A stretch of DNA of 63,259 nucleotides, counting the filler, from Rhabdomonas costata (lineage: Eukaryota): assembly GCA_019059605.1 (NCBI GenBank). It is 33 parts of 33 records of this genome, joined end to end, with 100 filler letters (N's around TTAATTAATTAA, not from the genome) between each part and the next. Parts side by side here need not be neighbours in the genome. Positions count along the whole stretch, not along the records: positions 23,050 to 24,876 come from JAHMHO010008595.1; positions 24,977 to 26,796 come from JAHMHO010008596.1; positions 26,897 to 28,716 come from JAHMHO010008597.1; positions 28,817 to 30,635 come from JAHMHO010008598.1; positions 30,736 to 32,555 come from JAHMHO010008599.1; positions 32,656 to 34,474 come from JAHMHO010008600.1; positions 34,575 to 36,393 come from JAHMHO010008601.1; positions 36,494 to 38,312 come from JAHMHO010008602.1; 25 more parts are not named here. One strand, written 5' to 3'. Under the pieces are notes generated by a model that was not told where the DNA came from, searched no databases, and saw only the letters and a list, made by a program, of their open reading frames with translations. Shown in pieces: positions 24,028-36,536 of this stretch (positions are counted from its first letter, which is position 1; each line of letters starts with the position of its first letter). Made by a program: the position numbers and the translations under genes.

Positions 24028-24740
24028 GTTGAAGGAAAAAGTGAATTTGAAAGGACGATCGAACCTCCCTTAGGTTGGCATTTGGGGTGTCGCGGTATTT
24101 TGCCACTGCTCTCGTTTCAGACATTTCAGACAACCACCGCCTAGAACCGCTGCAGCGGGCGGGCCGCTGGGAGGGCAGTGGGGTACGCCCCAAAGGAGGT
24201 TGGCCTGAGGCAGATGGAACCCACAGAAGAAGTGAAGAAGCGTGAGGTCGGGAAACTCTCGTCAAGAGTGGTTACATTGCGAGTTTTGGGATTCGGGTGG
24301 TGGTTCTTGTCTCAGCGTGGTTCACGGCGCCATTCAACTCGAGTCGTGGTGGGAAGTGGGTGGTGGGTTTTTGTTTCTGCGGGCGTGGTGGGCTTTGGCT
24401 TCAACATGCATCTTGGGAGTCTCTCTGGTTGGTTGTTCAGTGTTCAGCATTCGGCATTAGTGAGGTGGTGGCTGCGGTCTCCTTGTCGAACAAGTACGGC
24501 ATGTGGCTTTGACTCCCCTGAGATACGGGGTCACGAACACCCAGGTATCCCAAGATTGGCGGAGGGGGTGATAACAGAAAAACAACCAAAATTATTGCAA
24601 TAACTTGTAAACACGCGAGATCAAGAAACCCAGGTCTGGGGTCCCCTGTATTGCATTCATATCTCCAAAAACTTGTACCTTTCTCACTGTCGCAGCAGAA
24701 AAGATCACTCTTACGAATGTAGTGTGGGGGGTGGGGTTTG

Positions 24741-24779
<39 letters not shown>
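24741..24779 (+). repeat. (TGC)13 microsatellite
   Basis: Visible in the sequence. Confidence 0.95.
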
Positions 24780-25746
24780 ACCCTTCCCGATGGAAGCGCA
24801 AGATGAGGGCGTGGGTGGGAACGCGCACAACCTGAGAATGAAGAATAGGCAGCGGCAGCGTCGGCGTGCGGTCGTGNNNNNNNNNNNNNNNNNNNNNNNN
24901 NNNNNNNNNNNNNNNNNNNNTTAATTAATTAANNNNNNNNNNNNNNNNNNNNNNNNNNNNNNNNNNNNNNNNNNNNGTGGTGGGTGTGGGTGGTTTTTGT
25001 TTTGTATCGTCTTTCCCGTTTCTGTTTGCCCTCGTGCAGGATTTGTTATTCTGCTGCCCTGCGCCGCGGGCATTGCTTGCGGGTTTTCATCTTTGAATGG
25101 TGTTCCCTCCCCGTTCTTTTCCCCCGCAACGTGGTGCCGATTTGCCCATTACCCCGTGCAACTCTATCTTACGATCTTTTGTGTCCGGATTCTGTTTGAA
25201 GCATTTTTGTCCTTCCTTGTCGTGTTGTGTGTTTTTCTCGGTCCCGCGCCTTGGCGAGTGCGTCTGCCTCCGTTCGCCTCTCGTCCTAGAACTTTTGGGT
25301 CATAGTGCCTTCATTGTACATTGTCCCCGGCGGTTGAACGACACACCGGTTTATCGGGTTTTGGTGGTAGGTTGCGCAGCCCTTAAGAATATAACCTATG
25401 ACTGACTACCGGTGTCGAGTTTGCCATCTGCCTTGAAAGAAGAGTGTGCTCCTGTTTATTGACTGCTGGCAGGGAATCCGTGTTGAAAACGGTGGAAAAC
25501 CAAGCAGCGCTACTCCTGATGGCACACTTTGCACAACCCCCAGAAAAGGGGAGGTCAAATCAGCACATCAAGTACTACCCATTATTCTGTAAGTGCTGTG
25601 TAAGTGCTGTTACGGAGCAGCCATGGGAGAAGTCTCACTTCGCTGAACGAAAGTCTCCCGGGCAAAGCCCACACTCACATTCATAAATCGGTCCTTCCAC
25701 CATCGTGGAGCCCTAACTCTCCATCGCGTCGAAGTTCACATGGAGA

Positions 25747-26790
25747 TCAGCCATGACCGCCAAGCACCACGGCCAAGAGATGGTTCACCAGCTCTGCCCC
25801 ACAGTCGTGCAGCAACACAATGTCAAAGGCCTGAGAGTACCGTGAAAGGCTCTCTTCGACGCGGTCGTTCAGAAAACCCACAGAGAGCACCGTGTTGTGG
25901 GCTCCAGGCACCGCCATCCGGATGTCGGAGAGGCTGTCCCCTAGCAGCAGCACATTTGTCAGAGAGCGAGAGGACAACTCGGCCGCTGCATCGGTAACGG
26001 CACGTAGACCACCACCTTCTGGTGCACAGAGACCATCTTCACAGACTTCTTCAGAGGCCTGCGGTGTGCAAAAATGATCGCCTTAAAATTCCCAGCCTGG
26101 TAACGCCAAAAGCTGCAGAAACCGCTTTCAGTCAGTGGGTGTGCCCGTGCCCCTGTCCCGCATCAGGCTCAGAATAGAACATCATCCAAAATTCCAAAGT
26201 ATTTCTGGGTGACCTTATCCTAACACCGCTGTCAACCAATGCCGTGCAATCGACCCAAAGCAACGAATGACCAAAACTATGCCTTTTCAGTAGGCAAGCT
26301 GCAGGGACCATGGGAGACGTGTCCGATGGCGTTTCCTTTCCAGTTAACAGGTCGACCAATAGCCCACCCGAAGCACCTTATTTTGTTATGAGATTCAACA
26401 CAGAAGTTGTTTTGTAAGCGCCAGGTTTGTGAAAGCACCTCTAAATCAATTGCGGAAGACCACGTAACACGCTAGGGGTTGAGAAGTGTTTTTGCAGACG
26501 TTGTTAACCCGGAATCCAGAGAGAACCCACGCACCACCTGCACGCAAACCCGGACATAACAATCCCAGAAGGCCGAGAAAGGGTGAGATACGCAAAGCAG
26601 CTCTGTCTTGCTGAACGTCGTGACGGGGACACCGACGAACCTCCGCGCCACGCCGTCCGATTCGAACTCCATGAAGTTGGACCGCACCGTCGTGTTCTCG
26701 GGATACTCCGCCCCGTTGTGCTGCAGGAAGGCCACAATCATATCCCCCAGGCCGGCGGACAGGATTCTTACGGGAACCCCGTGCTGACCC
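25747..26790 (-). CDS. NT5C3: Pyrimidine 5'-nucleotidase / cN-III (HAD family), last two exons (~26790-26592, 26058-25747)
   Basis: VPVRILSAGLGD...VRSNFMEF...FSK and NVLLLGDSLSDIRM...VGFLND...FDIVL..D; TGC|gtatct...ccgcag|GCC is in phase. Confidence 0.9.
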
Positions 26791-27841
26791 AAAAACNNNN
26801 NNNNNNNNNNNNNNNNNNNNNNNNNNNNNNNNNNNNNNNNTTAATTAATTAANNNNNNNNNNNNNNNNNNNNNNNNNNNNNNNNNNNNNNNNNNNNGGTT
26901 GGGAGCAGTTTATCAACGCTGCTCTCAACTTAACGTAACCACACTCGAAAGGGATTCGAAAGGGAAGACCAACCCAAGGGCGGGCTGAATGAGCTGCTGC
27001 GCAACCAAGACTTTTTATGCCGAGAGAGGTTTCCACTAGCTTCACGAGCTTGACTCGAGAGCGTCTTTCAGGTGTCCATGTCCACCAATGGCGGGGTTAA
27101 AAGTCAGAAGAATTCAAAGAGGTTGGGGTAGTATGGGAGACTGGAGCATAAAGCTGACGCAGACCTATCCAACCAAGCTGCCGTTGGTGCGTAGCATCTA
27201 GCAAACACGACAAGTGTCCGTGAGAACACTGCTTTCGAGAGCTTTCGAGAGCGACCCCGCAGACCAGTCAGTTGGCGAACCCAACACCGCCCAGAGGGCG
27301 TAATAACACGGAATCAAGTCCACCAATACAAAGCATAGAACCAACTACAGAATTGTAACCCAGCCCAAGTCCGTATGCAGCGTCACTTCTCTGATTTGAA
27401 GCTTTCAACCTTAATTTGAAGCTGCCGTTATTCATCGATAATTGCGCGAAACGATGGTTACGGGTGTACAGTGTCCCTCCTTCTGGAATGGGGGGGGGGT
27501 GCAGAATCGTGGCATGAATACTCTTCTATAGAAAGACTTCTGGGGAGTTGAGAGGCAGCACATTGGACAACGATATGCTCATCTAACACAGGGCATGGTT
27601 ATTTTTGTTACTCCACCGTCTTCCTGTGTCATCAAAGTTGCCCAAAACTAGCGGATTCCCACGCACACCTACTCCTTCCCCAACCCCATATCAAGCCAGC
27701 AGTGGATAACACCATCCGAATGACACAAAGCGCGCAACCTTGCCACCAAGTCAAAATTCACCATATAGAAGAAGCCGGGCGAAGTCACATTTCGGGACTC
27801 TTTCGGATTCTTTCGATGAGGTTGAACAGGGAGGCTAGCAC

Positions 27842-28710
27842 CTTGTCGGTGTCCTGCGATTCCGGGTGTGTGTCACCGTAGTACTGAGTGAAGTCCATCG
27901 GAGGGACGGTGCTCTGCAGCCACACACACGCACACACACACACGCCCGGTGGAAATTATTGCTTTCTCCAAAAACTTATCCAACTTATCATCCCTCAGCT
28001 ACAAAAGGCAGCTTCAAAAAAGCATTGCATGCACCTTTATAAAAACAAGGTATCGTTGACCTGAAGCAGACTGAATGTGTCTCGGAAGTTTGTAATTTCA
28101 AGGTCTGCGGCTACCCGGCCGCAAAATCCTTCTTTTTTTCAGAGGAAAGGAAGAGGCGCTGGGGCATTACGGGGACCCCCCCTCCCAAAGGTGCATTTTG
28201 CGGGCCAAACCGGGTGCACGTCTCGTCCACCTATTAGGACATTACGGAAGTGAGAGAGAGACGGAAGAGAGAGAAGGGTGGCGATGCCCCCCTCCCCGCG
28301 CACCACACCCTCAATGCGTTCCGTAAATTGCACCTCAAATGGGAGAGGAAGGGGTCCTCAAAATGCACTTTTTTGCCCGCACGCCAAGAAGATAAAACGT
28401 GCAGTTGTCCACCGCAAAGCAAAAGCAGCTAGAAGTATCCAAGCTTGGCAACTGTGCCATCCTCGAGGGGAGCGAAAACACTCAACCACTCAACCACTCT
28501 CTTTGTGCAGGTAGAAGCAGACACACAATATATACACACAGAGAGAGAGAGAACTGACCTCGAAGACCTCCTCGTCGAAGTACTCCGCGAGGTAGGGATG
28601 CCGCAAGGCCTCCTCCACAGAGATCCTCTCCTGCGGCACAAACTGCAGCAGCCGAGTCAGCAAGTCCATCGCACCCTCGGGGGCGCTGACTTCAGCGGGC
28701 AAACCCACCC
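27842..28710 (-). CDS. MAPK/CMGC-like kinase C-terminal exons (~28710-28559, 27913-27842)
   Basis: [31 protein letters not shown] is MAPK-like subdomain XI; GAG|gtcagt...ctgcag|AGC is in phase. Confidence 0.8.
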
Positions 28711-28816
28711 CACCCCNNNNNNNNNNNNNNNNNNNNNNNNNNNNNNNNNNNNNNNNNNNNTTAATTAATTAANNNNNNNNNNNNNNNNNNNNNNNNNNNN
28801 NNNNNNNNNNNNNNNN

Positions 28817-30545
28817 CCCGCCGCAAGGGGTGGGATAAATGGGGGGGGGGTACCAGAACGAGTGCTGCACTCCGGGCTCGCCCAGTTGGATGGCCTTCAT
28901 CGCGCCCTTCACGGCGGAGTTGTGGGCGTACAGCCGGTGGGTGGCCGAGCCGTTGCGGAAGGAGAGCGTGGTGGTGTTGGTCTGTGCGCAAAGATAGGAG
29001 GAAAACGACTCAAAAGCCTCTCCGAAGACAATCCATCTCCATCTCCTTTCCAGAAGTTCACCTTTCTTGAATCGATACATTGTACAGATGTTATGTGATA
29101 CTTTGCACAGCAGGGGGGGGACTACCTCAACAATTGAGGGCAACGAGGTGAGCAGCAACCGGAAAACCGACAGGAACAGGCACAGGGGCGACAGGGCAGG
29201 TATATGAGCATGCGCAAAATCGAAGCTGCAGACTGATGCAGAAAGGCCCTGCTCAGCATTAACCAACCACTTTTACCCCAGGAGGGGTCTGCACACAAAG
29301 CACAGCAGTTGCTTCAACATCACAAAAAGAACACAAGGCTCCATCAAAGGGCTACCCCCACCCTCTTTACTGGGCAGTGTGCGATGGTTTTTTGGGAGTG
29401 GGCGGACCAGCCATCGGTGGAGCATCTTGTGCGCCACGTTGTAGTCCGCCCAGGTGCCGGCAGGGACGACCTTCCAGTTCGGGGCAAGCCAGGTGAAGCC
29501 CGTCGCCTCAAAGGAAGTCCCAAAAGGGATCCGAAGCAGGTCGGGAAGTCCTATGTTTGAGTTCCCTTGAGTTGCCCAGGCCCCCAAAGTATCTTTTGTC
29601 ATCAAAAGCAACCCATTCAATTCATTTTCGCTTGAAGACCCTCTTCATGCCATAACAATTGAACTTATTATTGCGAAAGAGAATTCACTCTCGAGTTTTT
29701 GATAAACAAGCTTGCATTGAGATCTGTGAAGAGGTTAAGAGGAAAGCGGCAAACACCACTATTTACTTTTTCGATTTTCAACTTTTTGTTTTTCGTCCCT
29801 CACCCAAAAAAGAATTCTTCCTTTTGAATGTGCTTTTTTCCCAATTTTAACAATGTAAAAATGAGACAAATAAAAGATGGGGGGGGGGGGCGACATTAGA
29901 AACCGTTCAACCGCATTCGAACAGTCCCAGGATACTCTGCCCACGCAGTGTTTTCCGACACCGTGCATCAATTCACAATCGCAAAAAAAAAAGCCACTAG
30001 AGGCTAAACATTGAACCACCGCAGGTTAAAGGACACCGGACACACCGGACACACCGGAAATTGTCGACATGAACACTAGGCAACATTTTGACTGCAAAAT
30101 GTGGTGAGAAACCAAAAGAAAGAAAATAGTTTCCTGACCACCACAACCACCTGGGTCTCATTAACCTCCAAGAATACTTTATGTATATTTTAGGCTTTTG
30201 CACATTTACCGGGTTCCCTTTTACATTCCTTTTTCCAAGACAACAGAGGACGAATGGAAGCCGACGCGGGGTCCCACTCGTGGTGCTATGAACAAGTGCC
30301 ACGTTTTCAATGGTTCTATGGTTCTTCTGAGCACTCTTTCTGCTGACTTCCCAAAAGTATTTGACCTGCTGCGGCAGCCACATTGTTAATGGGTCCACGT
30401 GGCCATGGCTACGGGAATGGGGGAGACAGGTAGGCACCTGTGGTGTAGCGCTTGAGCAGGGAGGTCCCGTTGAAGCCCAGGACAATCCCATAGGCCTGGA
30501 GGATGCTGTTCACGGGTGTTGAAGAGGGGTTGCTAATCCACACAG
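28817..30545 (-). CDS. Hypothetical protein, probably extracellular (exons 30545-30438, 29550-29408, 28981->28817)
   Basis: Three GC3-rich GT-AG exons join in phase and contain several N-X-S/T sequons (NGT, NTT, NGS). Family not recognised. Confidence 0.65.
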
Positions 30546-31695
30546 CTGTGGGTGAAGTGGAAAAAACCGGTGTGAGGGAAGGCTAACGTCGCGAAAGCCA
30601 ATTCAATTCGAAGCAGGCGGTGGCTACAAAACAAANNNNNNNNNNNNNNNNNNNNNNNNNNNNNNNNNNNNNNNNNNNNTTAATTAATTAANNNNNNNNN
30701 NNNNNNNNNNNNNNNNNNNNNNNNNNNNNNNNNNNTTGTTGGTGTGTTTGGGGGTGGTGGTCATGGTGGGTGTGGTGCTGATCCTAATGCGCTTTGGTGC
30801 CACTGCTGTATGTACCAAAGTGGAGGTCGAGACTACCAGTGTAGAATGAACCAAGGTGTCAAGAACCTGGGTGGAACGACCATTGAGTAGCCCAACAAAC
30901 CAACCCTGGTCGTCGCGAAGCCTCGGGTACTCGAGATCCCTGCTACGTCCATAGTTCAGTAAGCTTTTGCAGGGGGGTTCGGAGGCGATGCACCCTTCCC
31001 AGGGATTCCAATAGAAGCTTTTGCAGGGGGTTCGGAGGGGCTTGCTGATGCTGTTTTCCAAGATGTCTCCGCGGTACAAGATCCTAGATGCTTCCGCCAG
31101 CCTCTCGGAAGGGGGGAATCCAGGATGCTTCTGTTCAAGGGGGGGATCTAGAATGCACCGTGGCCGTCAGAGATTTTGAAAAGGCGAAAAGCCCTTTCTG
31201 GAGATGGGTGCTGTTCAGATGTGTTCAACATTTTTGGTCCGATTTTCTTGCTGTGCGCGTTGCTTGTCTGGGGGTAAATACCTCCCTTTCCCTTCCCAAG
31301 AGACGAGAAGGTCCTGAAGGACTTCGTGCTGAGGGCCCTGGTGGACTCCAAGATGGTTAGGGCTATGGCCTTCTATGCGTTTTCGTTGTGGTGACTTCTA
31401 TTTGCCTTTCGTTTTCGTGTGGATCATTTGCGTTTTCGTTGTAGTTCTTGCTGATGCTCCCCTTATGTTGGTAATGGTGATGCTTTTGGACCTACATTCA
31501 CCACCATTCACTACAACCGTGTCATGTGTCATGGCAAATGGAGGGCGAGAAGAGCAGATCCAAATTATGGCATAACAGCGCGAGCGCATGGGGTTTGAGG
31601 CCCGGCAGGGAAGCGCGAGCACACTTCGTGGCCGCTGACCTTTTCTTGAATGAAATTTAAAGTCTCCTCCCCTCCATCATTTTCTTCCACCGCAG

Positions 31696-31922
31696 AACCC
31701 CCACCAGGGCTCGATGAGCAGCGACCACGTGGAGAATCTGACGAAGAGCAACTGCGCCCGGGAGTTCACCGACGTCATTGGGGACACCAGCAACAAGCGA
31801 CAGGGCCTGTGGCTGTCCTTCCTGAAGAAGATCCGTGGCAACGACATCATCATCTTCTGCAAGCAGAACCGCTCCACCTCGCAGAAGCTGTGGTACCTCC
31901 GCAGCGCAAAGTTGGACAACTG
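31696..31922 (+). CDS. Internal exon of a hypothetical protein
   Basis: ccgcag|NPHQGSMSSDHVENL...LRSAKLDN(W)|gtgcgg with strong GC3 bias. Confidence 0.6.
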
Positions 31923-32671
31923 GTGCGGGGAACTGTTCCTCCCAACCCCACTTTTCCAACCCACGTACTCTGTCTTTTTCTCCTTTCTATGGAATATCGT
32001 TGAATGTCGAAAGCGGTACCCGCCATAGCGCCGAGTAAAATAAATCAGGTGCTAAATGGTTCATGGAAGACACTGAAGGCTGGAGCTTTTTAATTTCCAA
32101 TGCTTGTGTCGTTGGTGAAGCACAACAATTGTGCAGATACCCGTGCAATGCATGACGGCAACTCCTGATCATTGTAATGTCAGTGCCCTTCCACGTCACT
32201 TGCTTGAGAGGTGGGGCCACAAACTTTTCTCTTTCTGTTTTGCTTTTTTTCGGTAGCCTTTCTTCTTAATTTAATTTTTTTCTCATAACGTTGCCGTAAC
32301 AGAACCCCGGCTAAACCGCAGGACAGAGTCGCGAAGTCCAAGGCACCAGCAGATGAGAAGATGGTGGTAGTGGGTGTGCATGGTTTTCGTCTTACGAAGG
32401 GGATTGCGTTAATCCACAGCTTTATGCATTCGCCAAACAATCAGTCCAGATTGTCCGCCACTGGCTTGTTTGCAACTCTTGTTGCACAAAGGCCTGGTCA
32501 GACTATACAGACAAAAGGGCACCTACACACAGGGTGCTTGAGCCCATTCCCCCACNNNNNNNNNNNNNNNNNNNNNNNNNNNNNNNNNNNNNNNNNNNNT
32601 TAATTAATTAANNNNNNNNNNNNNNNNNNNNNNNNNNNNNNNNNNNNNNNNNNNNGTTGTGTTTGTGGCAG

Positions 32672-34277
32672 AGTCGGGTTGGTAAGCTCGGCAAGTCCGC
32701 TGCGGAGAGCGAGGCCCGGAAGACCCGAGTGCGGAAGCTCGCTCTGGAGAACGAGCAGCTGCGGCAGCAGCTCACAGGGCAGCCGCCCACTGGAAAGGGG
32801 GCATTCTCCATCCCTCGTGGAGCTACTCCCTCACAGACCTCCAGCTCGGGAAGCTCCTCCCGAAGCCGAAGGTGTGGGTGCATGGATATCGCAGGAAAGG
32901 GTTATGGCGTGGCGCTTTTCGTCGAATGGCACAGAAGAAATCCCAGGGGCAAACATCGAACCTTAGCACGATTTGGCCGATTGGTGTCCGTTTGCGCAGC
33001 CCAATTTCGGCTCTTCCCTCACCTCTGACTAGTATAAAAAAGGGTCAGGTCGTTATACCCAGGTACCCAGATAGATTTCTCACCATGCCTGAAAGCTGTT
33101 TATGGGACTTTTGGTACGGGCATCGCGGGAACTGAGAATGCGAACCTCCTGGCCAAGCTGGTGTGAAGCCGTTATTTATCCAACACTCACAGTCCTAATG
33201 TGTGGATACTTTGAGGCACAGCAATCCCCAGTTGCGCCCACGAGAGTTCTTTCGATCGTAGGTCGGTGAACGCGAGCTCTCAAACGGACGGCGACCCTGC
33301 GGATGAGCTCACCGAGCTTCGCGACCAGAACGCGCAGCTGAGGAACCGTCTGGGTGGGCTGCTCGCCAGTGGAGGGCGAGAGGCGGAGTCGGGGGCAGAC
33401 TGGCGGAAGCTGGGCTTTGAGTGGGGGACCGGTAATGCCACCGTCACGCCCGCACGAAGGCCCCGCCCAATTCCCCCTGGGGAGGCCATGGAGGTGGAGT
33501 TACCCTGCTCTCTTCCTCCTGTGCTTCTGTCTTCGGCAGTTTTGCTCTGTTGTTTTTCCTTGGTAATCGAATCCGTGTTGGGGGTAGCTGAGTACATGAG
33601 CTTGTTGTGAACCCATCCTCCTTGTGTGGTTTTTCCGCCAGTCGACGTGTTGGGTCCGTTTGGGTACTGCGGCACTGGTCACGCTGTCCTCGATGCTCCA
33701 GTTTTCGCTGCAAGTTCGCCTTCATTGTCTGATCCTATTGGGAGTTTCTTTTGCAGATGTTGTTGACAATGGGATCAAAACCGCCCAAAGGCACAACACT
33801 GCATTTCACCCCCTGGCCCTGGCCGAAGCATGCCCTCTCTTCCACTTTTCGCGATCTTTACCACTATGGGGAAATGCAGGTGGAGATCACTGTGGTTGCG
33901 GCGCGGGACTTGCGTAGCCCCAGTGGGGCGAGCGCGAAACAGGCCTGCCCCATTGTGATGGTTCGGCTAGGCGGGGAGGTGCGGCAGACGGAGCCCGTGC
34001 GGGGTACGCTCAGCCCCGAGTACCGCGCGGTGTTCCGGATCCGGGTGCCCTCACCACACGTCCTCCCGGACAGCCTGCAGGTCGCGTATTTTTTTCTCGA
34101 GAGGGAGTGGAAGGTGGGTGGTAGTGGTTCTTCTTCAGCGGCGGCCTGTGGGAGCTTTATCTTCCATTTTGAGCTTATGTGATTGCATGTGGAGGGGTGG
34201 GGGATGTGCAGATCTCAGTATTCGACGTCAGCGCCTCACCTCAGGGCGAGGAGATGGGCCGCGGTGAGCTAGTGCTG
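32672..34277 (+). CDS. Coiled-coil + C2 domain protein, multi-exon fragment
   Basis: Exons 33880-34080 and 34212-34277 give VEITVVAARDL...PIVMVRLGGEVRQTEPVRGTLSPEY...F...LQISVFD...MGRGEL (C2 domain). Upstream exons encode coiled coils (LENEQLRQQL, ELRDQNAQLRNRL). Confidence 0.8.
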
Positions 34278-34577
34278 GTGCGCTGCGCCAGCATTGCCCT
34301 TTTGCCCTTTTTTTCTGGGAAATTGTGGAGCGATCAGTGCCTTGATCCCCATAAAAGAAGTACAGTACATTCATCAGGTGCAGGCCGGAACACCTTATAA
34401 CCAACACCCCATTCCTCTAAAAAGAATACGTCCGATCGCTGGCCCGGTCCTGTCGGACCCTCAGAACCACACCCNNNNNNNNNNNNNNNNNNNNNNNNNN
34501 NNNNNNNNNNNNNNNNNNTTAATTAATTAANNNNNNNNNNNNNNNNNNNNNNNNNNNNNNNNNNNNNNNNNNNNGTG

Positions 34578-34665
34578 GGTGTGTCGAGCTGATTATCTGC
34601 TTCAAAAAAAAGCGCTTCACAGGAAACAAAATTTTTTTTGAAGCAGATAATCAGCTCGATACACC
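34578..34665. repeat. Inverted repeat (28 bp perfect, about 34 bp extended) at a contig end
   Basis: 34584-34611 is the exact reverse complement of 34632-34659; loop of 20 nt. Confidence 0.92.
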
Positions 34666-36536
34666 GGGACCAACGCAATTTTATCACTTCCAAGTCTACC
34701 ATCAAAACGAAGATCCTCGTTCTGTGAACTTCTACAAATCATTACTTGTTGTGCCGCCGAAGCTCGTCAGCCTTTGAACTTTGAAACAAAACACCGCGTG
34801 CACGCACAGCCAAGAAAACAGCCAGGTACCCGACCGAAAAATATGGAGAAGGCATTTAAAAGAGACAAACGCCAGCGCAAAAAGTGCCCGAAAAATAGGG
34901 GGAGGGGGCAAACCCGGGCAGTTGCTCTGAATAAGGCCATAAAATTCTTCCTCTTCTCAGAGCTCATGGAAGCGTCCGTGAACCCAACCACCAGAATGAC
35001 CCGGAAGGAGACTATGTCGCGCACACCCAGCGCAAGCGAAATAGTGCAGATATGTGCACAAAAGAAAAACGTTGAGCTTTCGGTTAATCGGTGTAATTGT
35101 TTTTCTTTTGAAGAGTTTTACCATTTTTCTCTCACTCTGAAGCACAGAAATGTCTGAGCGTCAGGAACTGAACACTAGTGAAGCGCCAAGAGACGGATGA
35201 AGTTGACTTCGGGTTGACCAACAGCCATGGACAAGATGCACAGAGGGAAACCACAGGTGATCATCAACCGCACTCAGAGAACTTTTGGAGTCAAGACGTC
35301 TCATTACAATGACCAGAGAAATCGGGACGGGGGGGATCAGGTGGAGAACTGGGCGAAGGTTTTCACAAAGAAGGCTGGGTACGAACTGCGGCGAGCGTTG
35401 GTGATGTCCAGGTTGGTCACAACGGGCTCGGGAATGCCACTCAGCCACTGCACCAGAGCACTAGCTCTCCACCCCCCGGGAGGAGGCGTGGAGCCCAGAC
35501 GCACAGGTTTCTTCTCCCCTGAATGAGGTGGAAGTGAGCACGCAGGGTTCAGGACCCACATGGAATATGAGGGTCATGTCACAAACAATCTGAACAGCAG
35601 ACCAAAAGGCGGAATGACACTTCATAAATAGAATGCTGTCTCAATACCACGTTCAGTGTCATTGGCTACATCGAGTTACAGAGCATCCAGCAGGTAGACA
35701 AAAAGTTTCGAAGGCCCGGGATTGGAGCGAATGAAAGCAAGTCGCTGATGTGCTGAGCAAGGTGGGGATGATGAATAAGGTCAGAGCAGCTAACAAACCA
35801 ACCCGTAGAGAGGGGATGTCAATTCCATGGAGCTTCTTGCTCTTTCTCTCTCTTTCCTCTCTGATGTCTCCCCCCTTCTCATGCCCCCTTCCAGCTATCC
35901 CCCCTGTAAGTTGTCTCTCGTTTTTGTAAATGGTCTTATTGCAAAACCCAAATTGCTGCATTGGCAGTGCCTGTTGGGAAGGAGTACGGGTTCTGCGTAA
36001 ATGCATGCGGGCGTGGCGTAGCATGAGGACCTGGGTACATCACCACCAGCCCATGGGAGACCTTCTCCAACTTGTACCGCCGCGCCACCGCAGAATCCGT
36101 CGTCACGGCAAAGCGCATCTCATCCTGGAGAACTCGGGCAGCCTAATGGCAAACGGCACAAAAGGGATACACGCGTAGGAATAAAAGATGGCGCTGGAGG
36201 GGTATTGAACGGATTAAGAATGCTAAACGCCTTGGTGACAAAAAATCAATCGAACCCGTGACAAAAAGCGATACGTGCTACACACGAACACAAACGCAAA
36301 CGCAAACACACATACACACCTTGACAAATTCTTTGTATTCGTTGCTCTGCTCGCCAGCAGAGAAGAAGCCCAGCACCAGCAACGCATACCACCNNNNNNN
36401 NNNNNNNNNNNNNNNNNNNNNNNNNNNNNNNNNNNNNTTAATTAATTAANNNNNNNNNNNNNNNNNNNNNNNNNNNNNNNNNNNNNNNNNNNNTTGTGGG
36501 TGTGTTTGGGGGTGTGGGTCGTCCTCTGCTTGCAAG

